Shown: one piece after another, positions 24,021-36,831 of the stretch
Layout of the letters: the number at the start of each line of letters is the position of its first letter
How positions within the stretch are numbered: the first letter of the stretch is position 1
Source of the DNA: Phoronis australis
Lineage: Eukaryota; Animalia; Phoronida
Length of the DNA stretch: 64,000 nucleotides
Reading direction: 5' to 3'
Assembly (NCBI GenBank): GCA_002633005.1
Contig: NMRA01000711.1
Coordinates: 5,925 to 69,924, forward strand
The notes under the pieces: model-generated
Databases searched by the model: none
What the model saw: only the letters and a program-made list of their open reading frames with translations
Told to the model about the DNA's origin: nothing
Program-made: the position numbers and the translations under genes

Positions 24021-26419
24021 ATGACCACTAAATGTACAAAGCCAGAGAATTGGTTTTTGTTAGTTGTTTGCGTATTGTATCTCACGTTAGCAAACGACAT
24101 CGTAGATACTCGGCCGCTCGATAACAACGCAAAACCTCGGACACTTGAGAAGGAATATGAGAGGAGCATAAACGCCGAGGAGGTATCAAAAGAGGTGAAA
24201 AAACTAGTTTTACATTCGGATCAACATGGAGGTGGTAAGGACCAATTTGAGGAAAACTTAGAAGACAGTGGTCTGCTTAACGATTTTCTGAACACAGAGT
24301 ATTACGTTGGTAAGCCCGTTTCTTATAGCGATGACGACTTTTACTTCGCCGACTACGGTGTTTACGACAAAAAATCACTCGCGAATCAAGGTTTTGAAGA
24401 TCCACTTCAGTCGAGTAACGAACTGACAACCGCCAGATTTTTGGAACCCACAAATGATAACGCAGAAGAACAACACGGCCAAAAATCGGATGAATTTCTG
24501 TATTCGACGCGGCAGATGGATAAAGAGTTTCCGCTAGACTACAGAGAGGAAAGTGCGCGTGAGCCATTTGATAATTTTGATAACAAACCGTTTCAAAGTA
24601 ATGTCGCAGAAGGCAGCGACACAAGCAGTGTCATAGCAGGCCAAACCCGCGGAGATTCCAACAGAAATCCTGCTCTATTAAGTTCCCACTCGCCGGCCGG
24701 AGACGTTGTGGATGTGCCAATTGTTGGATTAAAAAAACTCAACGAAGGCATAGGAGAGATGTATGTTGATCCCCCGGATACAGAAAACATTATCATAGGT
24801 GAAGATGACAACACGGGTGATTATTTATCTAGAATTGACGACCTTCAATATGAAATACTAAACAATGAGCCGAAGAGTGTTCAAGGACTTAGACATTCTA
24901 ACAATGCTTTTGGAAGCCGCCAAACCATAAGTGACACAGGCGAGACAATAGCAAAATCGACAAAGACGAAGCCGTCTTTCTCAGTTGTCAACGGTGGAAT
25001 TTTCGTTGATAGACCTAAAGAGCGTCACACTCAAGTCGCACTCCCTACTTCAGAAGCAGAATCGGAATTGCACAAACTGACCCAGGCCTTGAAACACTTC
25101 GAGGTGAAGGAATTGACGGATAAAAATGCTGCACCGGAAGAGACTTCGGACAGGGTGAACGTCGTCGATAATGTGGACCAAGGTAATAACGATTTGGAAA
25201 CAAAGTCTTTAAGTGTTATACAGTATATGATGGACTTAATTAAGCTACCAATTCAAATGCTGAATGTCGCCGCAAGGCTAACAGGAACTGACGTCATAGA
25301 CCTGGTGAACGAAAATAATCACGCACGGAAGGTGATTCTCATACCGCGAATGCTCAAGTCTTTAGAAGCGCCCAAGCAATCTCGTCTGGTGGACACGGAC
25401 GATAAGGAATTACGCAAGTTACAGGGTCAGTCCAGCCAACCTGCGTGGGTACGTGTGCTCCAACGCGGTTCACGAAAACAAGGCTCCGATGACGTAAGTG
25501 AGCCCGTTGGACAGAATTCTGATCCTCACTCAATTCAACCGATTGATGGAAGTCAGCATACGACATTATTGTATACAACAGTCAAAACGTTGTCCAACCA
25601 AGCTAGCGAAACATCTAAAGACATTAACACAAGCAGGCAAAACAACTACTACCTAACTGGAGTTGCAAGTAGAGAGCCACCTATTGAGAATACCACACCA
25701 ACGGATGCGCAAATGCGCAAAGTAGAAACCAAAGACGATCCTGGTGCAGATGAAACTCTTCACATCGAAAAAGACGAGTCTGATCGGTTGTTTTACCAGA
25801 TGAATAATGGTCCAAACAATCAGAGGAAACTCATTCACGTTACGAAATTAACAAGATCACGAAAACTTCGAGACGTGAATATAAATATAAAGATGGCGAC
25901 TGGCAAATCTTTCACCAATTCAAATATTAATGGTGATGACAAACCTTCAACGACGCCTTCGGCGGCAATTATACAAAACAGTTATACTTCTGAACGTCCG
26001 TTCTCACACAGAGAATATGACATCCAGTGGACGCCTGGCAGTCCAGGGACAGTTAGTCGAAAACCTAAGTACACTTTAAAAGCGAGGTATCGACGAGATT
26101 TGCATATTTCACAGCGATCGTCCAAGTCTCAAGATAGGCCTGTAGGAGACGAGGTCCACCTGAAGGAGTGGAAAGAAACTCACGAAGACGAGGTCAACAC
26201 GAGGATCGTAGGAACAAGAGCGGAACTGGCCGAGTGGCGCCACAGAGAGATGACGATGTCAATGATTGGCATCCTTCTGATGGTGGTCATTCTTGCCATC
26301 ATGATGGCCATGCAAAGGTTGTGCTGCACGTGCGTGCGCACAGATACCGGATACAGGTGTCGCTTCTTTGTCTGCTGCGAGGACATCATGGAAGGAATTC
26401 TTTATGATGGGTTTTTTGA
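24021..26419 (+). CDS. Orphan type-I membrane protein, exon 1 (signal peptide, ~720-aa low-complexity ectodomain, RYRR furin-type site, TM helix, Cys cluster)
   Basis: 800-codon ORF with hydrophobic N-terminus WFLLVVCVLYLTLA and TM segment MIGILLMVVILAIMMAM; GA|gtgagt phase-2 donor at 26420. Confidence 0.85.
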
Positions 26420-26749
26420 GTGAGTTTCGCGTTTACTTTAACGGAAGTTGAATACGTTCGAACTCGTTGTTGTCAAATTTAGAGCGGAAAAGGGTACAAA
26501 TCTGAAATCTCGTTATCTTTTTGCTTGACGTATTTCATCTCATTAACTTCAACTTGATTACCAGAAATCGAACAAATCTCTGACTATCTAGGGCTCTCAA
26601 ATAAACACACGCGATATCTCGATATCCCGCCTAACTATTACAGACCTTATGTCGAAAAACTAATGCTCGAATATGAAAATATTTGTACTAAGTCTCAACA
26701 AATTATTGTGAACTTGTGATAGTGATTGCAGTGTTGCTTCATGTTCCAG

Positions 26750-27173
26750 TACGGTTAGAAACATAGTATGCTGTCGAGTGGGACTGGAACAAGATGTGGA
26801 AGATGAAGAATTTATGATCGCGCATAAGCACCAACCGAAAGCTGCCAAGGCAGACCCAAAATACTACACACCGCCCACAGGACAAGTAAAACCCGCCGTG
26901 ATCGTAGACAAGGATCGCGGAAGGAAGGCAAAGACCACAACAGTCACCAAAAAAGAATCAGCGTCGTCGAAAACGTCGGCATCGAAGAGTAAGAAGGCGT
27001 CGAAGTCGAAAGGCGAGCACAAGCAGCAACATCACAAGTCTGGACACAATATTTCGTCACAGTCACGTGAAGACTCACCATCGCCCTCTTTTGAAGACCT
27101 CATAAAGAGGCAGCGAGTCGAAGCGATCGGCGGATACTCTTCTTCAAATGACGAAGGTTTTGATGAGAGCTAA
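26750..27173 (+). CDS. Orphan type-I membrane protein, exon 2 (Lys/Ser-rich cytoplasmic tail)
   Basis: ttccag|T phase-2 acceptor joins in frame: ...GFFDTVRNIVCCRVGLEQ...DEGFDES*; total about 940 aa. Confidence 0.8.
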
Positions 27174-27421
27174 ACTGGACATCATTGTAAAGTTTATATT
27201 CAAAATAGAAGAATCAATCGCCATTTAGCGTTCAGCGAGACATTAACATTGCATCGACATTTGCACTTACAAGACCTTTAATTAACGTTCAACTAGCACT
27301 GATTAGAAATTTATTCAACTCCAGGCTTTTTTGAACTGTAATGTACAGTGCTACGAATAAGATATAGGCCTATGTACGGAGTATTCAGGCCATTTGTCAT
27401 CCTAACTAATGAACAGTATTC

Positions 27422-28609
27422 AACTCTAAACTTGTTCACAATGGCGGTGATCCCTGAATGACACACGGACTTTGCGTCCGCCAGGCGAAGTATCTCACTA
27501 GAACACACTTTTATTTCAATGCGAATCCTTCACAGCAACGATTAAACAGATGCACAAAGAGCAAAAATCAAAAACATATCATCTCGCAAAGCAAGTGAGG
27601 CACCACTCAGTGAACGAGGAACGCGTGAGACCGACCGCGGTCTTCGCTCTTTGAGGTTAACGCGGGTTTGCCCCTGGCCCAACCTTTAGCGAATACTTAC
27701 GTCTTGACACAATAAGAAAACAACAGTTCGAAAAGTTGACTTACTTAAGTATTCACACTGATAACGCTTTCACACCAATTCCTTCAGTAGTGAAATAATA
27801 GATGCACATAGTACAATGCCATCGAAGTTATTTAAAAATAACCACATCTTCGTCGGAGTGAATTTGCATTTCTGATCACTTGCACGCGACATAAGGCGAA
27901 TTCATGAATAAAATGGCGACCAAGATTTGACCCACTGTTAAAAACGTTAACAAGTGGTCAAAACCGCAGGCCCCCCGCTGAAAAGGTCCAGCTCAGACTA
28001 TCTGTTAGATAGGANAACTCTAAACTTGTTCACAACGGCGGTGATCCCAAATGACACACGGACTTTGCGTCCGTCAGGCGAAGTATCTCACTAGAACACA
28101 CTTTTATTTCAATGCGAATCCTTCACAGCAACGATTAAACAGATGCACAAAGAGCAAAAATCAAAAACATATCATCTCGCAAAGCAAGTGAGGCACCACT
28201 CAGTGAACGAGGACCGCGTGAGACCGACCGCGGTCTTCGCTCTTTGAGGTTAACGCGGGTTTGCCCCTGGCCCAACCGTTAGCGAATACTTACGTCTTGA
28301 CACCAATAAGAAAACAACAGTTCGAAAAGTTGACTTACTTAAGTATTCACACTGATAACGCTTTCACACCAATTCCTTCAGTAGTGAAATAATAGATGCA
28401 CATAGTACAATGCCATCGAAGTTATTTAAAAATAACCACATCTTCGTCGGAGTGAATTTGCATTTCTGATCACTTGCACGCGACATAAGGCGAATTCATG
28501 AATAAAATGGCGACCAAGATTTGACCCACTGTTAAAAACGTTAACAAGTGGTCAAAACCGCAGGCCCCCCGCTGAAAAGGTCCAGCTCAGACTATCTGTT
28601 AGATAGGAT
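27422..28609 (+). repeat. Tandem duplication across a single-N join (27422-28014 / 28016-28609), likely allelic contig overlap
   Basis: Two near-identical ~593-bp copies separated by n at 28015. Confidence 0.85.
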
Positions 28610-29429
28610 ACAGATGGACAACAACAACATAGTTGCAGCTACTGGTACTATTATAACTACAATAACTAAGTCAGTAATAAATTTGAATTTGCTTCCGATT
28701 CGAAGAGCTTCACGTGACCATCGTGTCGTACCCCGCGGCTAACTTCACCTGAGTGGTATTTGCATAGGATGATAGGATCGTGCAGACGATTAAAGGAGGC
28801 TTTATTACTCATCGGCGTTGAACACACGTGATGGTTACACCATAGGGTAACAAGGGAGTCTATAAATAAATGTCTATACCTAGCTAAGCTATATAGCAGC
28901 CAGAGAGCTCCCAAAAAGTCACAGTGCGGTATGAATGCCTTAAAATCGACCTAGAAACATAACAGCAGAAAATAGGTTTGCTTGCTAACATAGTGCGGTA
29001 AAGGGCAGGTATTTTCAAGTTTGAAATTGGAAGGGTTCGTCAAACCCATCCAGTGTCCACTTCCATTGCGGATTGGAGGATTGACACGCATGCGCGTACA
29101 AGTGTGTGCGTTTCCGTCCTTAACATTCAGTAGAAGTAAGTTATAGGCATCCCCCGTCGATGCTCAAAAACCAGAATTTAACTATTACAGTGTTTTATTG
29201 CACTGACAAAACACCGACGATCATGTTCACATTTTTGGGAAAAGTAGGTCTAGACCCAATAAAACTTTGGTCCAAGAAGATAGGCTTCTCTTGTCAACAG
29301 TGTCAATTGTGCAGCCTCACACAGTTCATACGAGCAACTAACTTGGTGGAAAAGATTTCCAAGGTTCGATGCCACTATTCCGAATGTTCACTACTTCGAA
29401 TGTCCACAATTCCAAAACAAGAACTCCGA

Positions 29430-29647
29430 CAGTTATTTTTTCTTAATACAAGCAAAGGCCCATGAGTCGATTTTGCATTACATCCAGGTTCTAATTCACA
29501 CCCTTGCACACATTCATTAGTAAGACCGAGCTCAGAGGAGTAGAAGACACCTTTGTGCAATGCTCGATTGTCATCCAGTGAAGGCAGGATTCGAACCCAG
29601 GTCTCCCAAACAGAAGTCCTGACCTCTGATTGTCTGCTAATGAGTCC
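29430..29647 (-). mobile_element. tRNA-derived SINE-like element
   Basis: Minus strand carries a B-box GGTTCGAATCC (29587-29597) in a degenerate tRNA-like head; the 3' boundary is approximate. Confidence 0.4.
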
Positions 29648-31416
29648 TAACAGACATGAATAAAGTATCGTATTTGTACCCATTTAGTAACCATTTAAAG
29701 GGAGTGCAAAAGTTGATTAGTTATTACCACACTGATTAGATTGTATAATGAGCTCAGGTACACTTATTGCCAATCGTGATTCTTGAATCTTACTCATTCT
29801 CAAGCATGGACAACATCTGGCGGCAACCAACGGTTTTAAATTTAAGAAGACTGAACGGGGCTCTCTGACTGCGTGAAGATAGGCAGGGACAAGGTAACCT
29901 GCAAACCGTACATTTAATTTCGATCCGGTCGTGTACGTACGGTGGTTCCGGTGCCGGGGTGATTTTCAGTCGCAGCGGCCCTAAACTTTTCAGTCGCGCT
30001 GTGAAATGACCTTGACATGGATTTGATGAATGAATGTGGTTACTTGATAATTCATCAATATTCCCACTCCATATTTTTTTTAAAATGCAATGAAGTTCTC
30101 ATTTTTCCGTGTTGGTAAGACGAGCGTGAAATCCAAACAAAGTATTTTAGTATCCGGGCGTTGTTTTCGATATAGGTACACCATTAAGTTTATCAAATAA
30201 CCGAAGTATCATTCATTTTTGTATGTAAAATTGTAAAATTTACACAGGAGTTGAAAAAGTTAAATTTTTCCATAGTAGTGAACCTTCCGAATGACGAAGC
30301 GAGCGGTGAGTAGTGGGCTGTTCCCATTTCCAGCGACGTAAGCAACTTCAGTAACATGCAAAAATAAACAAAATAAACAATTTCGTTAAATTACTCTCCG
30401 CTACTTCTATCCCAGTAGGTGTAATCGTGTAATCACTCATTTAAGCATGTCTGGTTTGAAAATTTGGCAGGAAGTAACGCGAGAACGTGTTGGACCACAT
30501 TACATTCGAGTTGAGTCCCGTTGCAAGCAACAGTCACGGCATCCTCATCTCTGGTAGGACTAATTCCGTCTCATCTCAAAAACATATAGCCGAGTCATAT
30601 TTTGTATACAAGTTTTCCTACCCCCTGATTAAGCGGCGTCAACTGAGTGCGTTAATGAAAACTCCACAGTGTCGACGTTTGCAAAATATGAAAGGTCCAC
30701 CCTTCAAGAAATTCGAACCACCCCCTGCGCAATGCTGGCTACGGGCCTGAAACCTAATGACATGTTGACAAATGTGCCTAAAACTGAAGACGAAAAATGT
30801 ATTTTCCAACTTCTGTTTTGATTCTGGCGAATCTAGGATATTGAAAGGGGGGACGAAAATTCGAATCTTCAAATCAGGAAGAAATGTCTATGTAAGCCTC
30901 CAAAACGGCATGCCGATAGCGCTTTTTAGACGTGTCCACGAGAGCTCCCCCACATCTTAAATCCGTCTATACATCTGGAATACTGCAGCAAGAGATATCC
31001 AATAAAATAGTCTGCATGCATTGAAGGGCCCCGTTGCATAAAGTTATACCCTGCAACAATGCGGCATTTTCACGCGCCTCATTGTTATTGTTCAGCAATG
31101 CACCTAAAGGTCATGCAACACTGAAACTTATCAAGCCCATAATTTTGAAGTTTTATGCAGCCCAGCCCTGGTGCATAGCTTTATATGTATTCAGTGAGTG
31201 TGAAAATTTATTGATGCAAAAAATTACAACAAAACAAGATATTGGAGAACCCCTTCTTACTGGGAAATGATGACTAGCTCCCTTGAAAATCTAAGTCATG
31301 ACCCTCTGCTGCTGCTGCTGATCCATAATAACTGTAGGTCACCAGTTCAGATTCATCTTACGGTTGCAGTTTGTTTGGTTCCAACTCCATGCACCAAACC
31401 TTATTCCATAGCACTA

Positions 31417-31876
31417 CTAAGATGAAAAATCTATAACTCTTTTTTGGTAGGTAGTGCGGCATACTGGACAAACGAAACGCCTTTCCCCTACAGCAAACTC
31501 TTCAAAGGCGTTCAAACAAACGTCATGAAAAACATGGGAACAAGACAGCAAAACTGTCTTTCTCGTACTGACATCCACGTCGAGCTTTCCAACATTATCC
31601 AAGTCCGTCTTGCTACTATCATCAAAAGTTTGTTCAACTTTCTCACAAAATGTTTCGCGTGGGGATTTCTTTTTCGACACTCTTTCCTTTGCAGCAAAGA
31701 CAGTCTTTCTCTTGGCGCCAACAGATGGCACACTAGTACTTTGCTTCTTATCCAGGGAGGCTAATTTCTCTTGTGCTTTTGTGGTGAACTCGGTGAAGTT
31801 CTCCTCTTCGCCGTCTGCTTGTGGCTGATGTGACAATGAATTCAAGCAAATAGGACACTCTTTGTGGCTCCTCTCG
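31417..31876 (-). pseudogene. RNF32: Duplicate of the RNF32 last exon (within duplication about 30315-31876 / 32198-33724), probably the second haplotype
   Basis: Matches 33265-33724 except for two amino-acid changes (QS/QR, KL/KP); ends at an N-gap. Confidence 0.7.
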
Positions 31877-33264
31877 NNNNNNNNNNNNNNNNNNNNNNNN
31901 NNNNNNNNNNNNNNNNNNNNNNNNNNNNNNNNNNNNNNNNNNNNNNNNNNNNNNNNNNNNNNNNNNNNNNNNNNNNNNNNNNNNNNNNNNNNNNNNNNNN
32001 NNNNNNNNNNNNNNNNNNNNNNNNNNNNNNNNNNNNNNNNNNNNNNNNNNNNNNNNNNNNNNNNNNNNNNNNNNNNNNNNNNNNNNNNNNNNNNNNNNNN
32101 NNNNNNNNNNNNNNNNNNNNNNNNNNNNNNNNNNNNNNNNNNNNNNNNNNNNNNNNNNNNNNNNNNNNNNNNNNNNNNNNNNNNNNNNNNNNNNNNNGGC
32201 TGTTCCCATTTCCAACGACGTAAGCAACTTCAGTAACACGCACAAATAAACTAGATAAACAATTTCGTCAAGTTACTCTCCGCTACTTCTATCCCAGTAG
32301 GTGTAATCGTGTAATCACTCATTAAAGCATGCCTGGTTTGAAAATTTGGCAGGAAGTAACGCGAGAACGTGTTGGACCACATTACATTCGAATTGAGTCA
32401 TGTTCTTTGCAAGCAACAGTCACGGCATCCTCATCTCTGGTAGGACTAATTCCGTCTCATCTCAAAAACATATAGCTGAGTCATCGTTGTGTATACAAAT
32501 TTCCCTCCCCCCTGATTAAGCGGCGTCGACGTTTGCAGAATACGAAAGGAAATTCGAACCACCCCTGCGCAAATGCTGGCTACGGGCCTGAAACCTGATG
32601 ACATGTCGACAAATGAGCCTAAAACTGAAGACGAAACATGTATTTTCCAACATCTGTTTTGATTCTGGCGAATCTGGGATACTGAAAGGGGGAGGGACAG
32701 AAATTCCAATCTTCAAATCCGGAAGAAATGTCTATGTAAGCCTCCAAAACGGCATGCCGATAGCGCTTTTTAGACGTGTCCACGAGAGCTCCCCCACATC
32801 TTAAATCCGTCTATACATCTGGAATACTGCGGCAAAAGATATCCAATAAAATAGTCTGCATGCATTGAAGGGCCCACTTGCATAAAGTTATACCCTGCAA
32901 CAATGCCGCATTGTCACGCGTCACATTGTTATTGTTCAGCAATGCACCTAAAGGTCACTCCCACATGCAACACTGAAACTTATCAAGCCCATAATTTGAA
33001 GTTTTATGCAGCCCAGCCCTGGTGCAGCGGCTTTACGTATGTATTGAGTGAGTGCGAAAATTTACTGATGCAAAAAAATACAACAAAACAAGATATTGGC
33101 GAACCCCCGGCACCTTCTTACTGGGAAATGATGACTCTTGCTCCCTTGAAAATCTAAGTCATGACCCTCTGCTGCTGCTGGTGATCATTAATAACTGTAG
33201 GCCACGAGTTCAGATTTATCTTATTGTTCCAACTCCATACAGCAAACCTTATTCCATAGCACTA

Positions 33265-33729
33265 CTAAGATGAAAAATCTATAACTCTTTTTTGGTAGGT
33301 AGTGCGGCATACTGGACAAACGAAACGCCTTTCCCCTACAGCAAACTCTTCAAAGGCGTTCAAACAAACGTCATGAAAAACATGGGAACAAGACAGCAAA
33401 ACTGTCTTTCTCGTACTGACATCCACGTCGGGCTTTCCAACATTATCCAAGTCCGTCTTGCTACTATCATCAAAAGTTTGTTCAACTTTCTCACAAAATG
33501 TTTCGCGTGGGGATTTCTTTTTCGACACTCTTTCCTTTGCAGCAAAGACAGTCTTTCTCTTGGCGCCAACAGATGGCACACTAGTCCTTTGCTTCTTATC
33601 CAGGGAGGCTAATTTCTCTTGTGCTTTTGTGGTGAACTCGGTGAAGTTCTCCTCTTCGCCGTCTGCTTGTGGCTGATGTGACAATGAATTCAAGCAAATA
33701 GGACACTCTTTGTGGCTCCTCTCGACAGC
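33265..33729 (-). CDS. RNF32: RING finger protein 32, exon 8 (second RING-H2)
   Basis: ctttcag|GCT GTC GAG; CPICL...LLSCSHVFHDVCL..FEEF...CPVCR.TYQKRVI*. Full model is about 442 aa. Confidence 0.92.
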   Translation of the reverse strand, partial: AVERSHKECPICLNSLSHQPQADGEEENFTEFTTKAQEKLASLDKKQRTSVPSVGAKRKTVFAAKERVSKKKSPRETFCEKVEQTFDDSSKTDLDNVGKPDVDVSTRKTVLLSCSHVFHDVCLNAFEEFAVGERRFVCPVCRTTYQKRVIDFSS

Positions 33730-34465
33730 CTGAAAGAATTTGATAATCAACGTGGGACATCTTCATGAAAAAATAACCAGAGACTGTTCAAACTTGTGTC
33801 TAGAATTCAGTCATAAAACGTTGGAGAATATTATTCAGGAAAACATAAAATATTTTGAAATTAATCGGCATATTTTGAACAGGTCATAATTTTAAGAACT
33901 TACAGTGAACACTGCAATGGATCTGCACTTGAAGACAGTTCAAAATCAGTGTTCACTTATGTTAGCTAGAATTACTAAAATTAGGATTGTTTTTAAACAT
34001 CAGATTAGAAACTATAAGGTCCACATAAAAAAAATACTTTTGCTGACAAAGAACATTCTACATTCTTAACTCTCACCTTTCAAAATGTAGTACAAAGTCT
34101 AGAAAGTGGTTACGGTAGTTAATTTCCAATGATATTGAACAAACTACCTCCAGGACATACATGTGTACACCTCCACTTCTACCATACAATTAATATACAT
34201 CATCTCTTTTATCAGTAGATATCAATTATTTCGACAGCCTGAACCTATTAAATTACAGAATGATAGTTTCAAATTACTTCACCATTCATGTTGTTTGTAA
34301 CCAGGATTTTCCCTAGGTTCTGTGGGAAAAGCTGATAACTTTGTAGTACCCACATGACAAGAATCCTACGTTGGCACCCAAACTGGTCCACATTGGGCAA
34401 CTTGACCAGTTTGCCTACCTCCGGAATTGCCGGTTGGGATCAAAGACCTCATGCAGTTGTAGTTC

Positions 34466-34900
34466 ATTAAATTGCCTCAAGCTGCTGATGTTATTGTTCC
34501 TAGATAATCAGACCCACCATAAAAAACAATGGGGGCGACAATTGTTTTAAATTTTTAATTGGAAAGTTTTTAAATAGCATATTTGAATCTTTCATGAAAA
34601 GTAGATGTTGTTTGTGTTTTGAATTTTCAAAATCGGACAAGAAATGTGACTTTTAGCCTTCGAATTTTAACCAAATGTTGCCCAGGGCTCACACGTTGTT
34701 CTGTGCCTCATTACTTTTATAGGGTGTGCAACATAATGGGCCAAATACCAAACTAGCCGGCAACTTTGGAATTTGAGGTAGGCCAAGTGTCATCGTACAA
34801 TTCTTGGCATGAACACATTATGCTCAAGCTTATATTTTGGCAGAAAACAAGCCTATTCAGAGAAAATGCGATATGAGGCATGTTTTTTCATTCAGCAGCA
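34466..34900 (+). repeat. Old interspersed repeat (diverged copy at about 39822-40170)
   Basis: Shared blocks gctgctgatgttat, gaaagtttttaaatagcatatttgaat, aatgtgactttt and gccaagtgtcatc. Confidence 0.65.
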
Positions 34901-35272
34901 TAGAATAAGGACTTAGTGTATGGTACCAATAATACTACTAGTTCGGTTTGCTTTATAGATTAAGTGCTGAAATGAACTTTGACTCGTATCTTATTAAACC
35001 TGACTGTTTGATACTCAATGACATTGTTTCTTCCACGAAAACTTACATATCACGAGAAATTATGGCTGTAATATATATTATCTCCTTGGTTAGATCTCTC
35101 AATTACTTTGAATGCAAACTCGCCCACCTCAATGGTAAAGAAAATTTTGAGTCCAGTTTGTTTGCGTTCATAAGCTTCATTGTTATATTTTGGCCACAAG
35201 TGCATCAAGAGAGAAAATGCCACTTTAAAAGGGTTGAAGACTTGGGTTGACATTCATTACAACTTGACGCAC

Positions 35273-35437
35273 CTTCAGCTGGATGTCAAACCATTCATCC
35301 TCCGTTATAACTTTTGACGCGTTATCAAAATGCCTGAAGATGTCTCTGCTGGCCTGAAGATTACGATCGATCTCTCCCAGGAATCCATTGAGATCATAAT
35401 CACAAGACCTAATCATACGATCGTTTATGCTGCACAG
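35273..35437 (-). CDS. RNF32: RNF32 exon 7
   Basis: LCSINDRMIRSCDYDLNGFLGEIDRNLQASRDIF...ITEDEWFDIQLK; cag|...|gtgcgt, phase 0/0. Confidence 0.9.
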
Positions 35438-36561
35438 CTGAAATCAACACACAATTGTGAGACTTGTTAAGCCACGCAACATTCAAAAACTAAAAAGTCT
35501 TTTATAATGCAGCTGTGCANGCGAAGTGGGCAAAAAGGTCTGCCTCAAAAAAAGAAAAATTCTGAAAAAACTAGAAAACGAGACAACAGTCCACTAAAAA
35601 ACCAGGAACTATTTAAATTCGGCGAATGCACAATTCATAGCTGCAAACAGACCTGTTGTTTTAGTAAAAGTTCCACATTTTTAAAAACTAGAGCCCCCCA
35701 TTTTCTAGGCTGGGTGGGCGCATGTGATACAAGAACATAATAGTACACAGGTTATCTCTGTCGCACTTTTGGACGCAGCATTAATACAAAATAAACAATG
35801 AATGACAAACTCAAACATTACATTGATCACTACCAGTACTGACACAATTTCTCTTGTACTGCTGTCTGTTTGCACATTCAACTTGTTTAGGATACAAAAA
35901 AGTGAATGGCAAAACTATGAACTTTTTTAGACACTGTGAAGAAAAAAGGAGAAGACATTGCCATCTAACGGGCATGCAGCAATGAATTTACATAATATTA
36001 ACTGTTTGAGAAGTAAAACAACCAACAAGGAAAGAAGTTAAGTCAACATTTAAATTTGCTTCCCTTCGTAACTTAAAGTGTGTCACGTGATTACTCAAAA
36101 AACATTATTTGTAATCTGATGAAAGAATTATAGTTGAATATGAAAACCCAAATTAGTATTTTGCAACGCCACGCTGTTGACCTAATTATACTCATAACAA
36201 CAATGAATTTACATATTATTAACTGTTTCTAAGTGCATTAGTTTGAGAATTGAAGTGACAAGACCAACATCAGGACAAGACCAACATCAGGACAACATAT
36301 TGCTTCCCTACGTGTAACTGACATCATGTGCATTATTAAAGAAATTGATTTGCAATCTGACGAACGTAATGTAGTTTAATATGAAAATACAAATTCATAA
36401 TTTACAACACAAAGCTGATGAAATATATTCATACAGCTGGTAGATCCGAAATTACATGACCCGTACCTACTGTAGTGCCCCCAGAACGATGTGGGAGGAA
36501 TTGTCATCCAAGGGCGCTACCATTTATTCCCATGAAAAAACTCTCTACTTTGCTCACAAAA

Positions 36562-36831
36562 CAAACAAGAGCAACGCAGAGCGTTGAAATGCCCCCACAA
36601 TTGCACCGCATACGGTATCCTTCTAGGGTTGTTTATTGGTACCACAAAGTGGCCAGTAGAGGGCATATATGTAGTATGTTGTACTTAGCAAAATGGAAAG
36701 GCATGGTCATTGTCTCCTCAATAGGCTAGGGACAAAATGTGAGTAATCTTCATAATACAAGCACATCCTATACACCAGTTGCTTAAAGCACCACAGAAAC
36801 ATAGAATAAAAAGAAATTTACCAACATACGA
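36562..36831 (-). repeat. Dispersed repeat, same family as 1-254
   Basis: Reverse complement matches the start of the window; the element probably extends to about 37250. Confidence 0.8.

Noticed and set aside
29572-29647. tRNA gene
   Set aside because: A B-box is present but there is no convincing D-arm/A-box or full cloverleaf; better explained as a SINE head.
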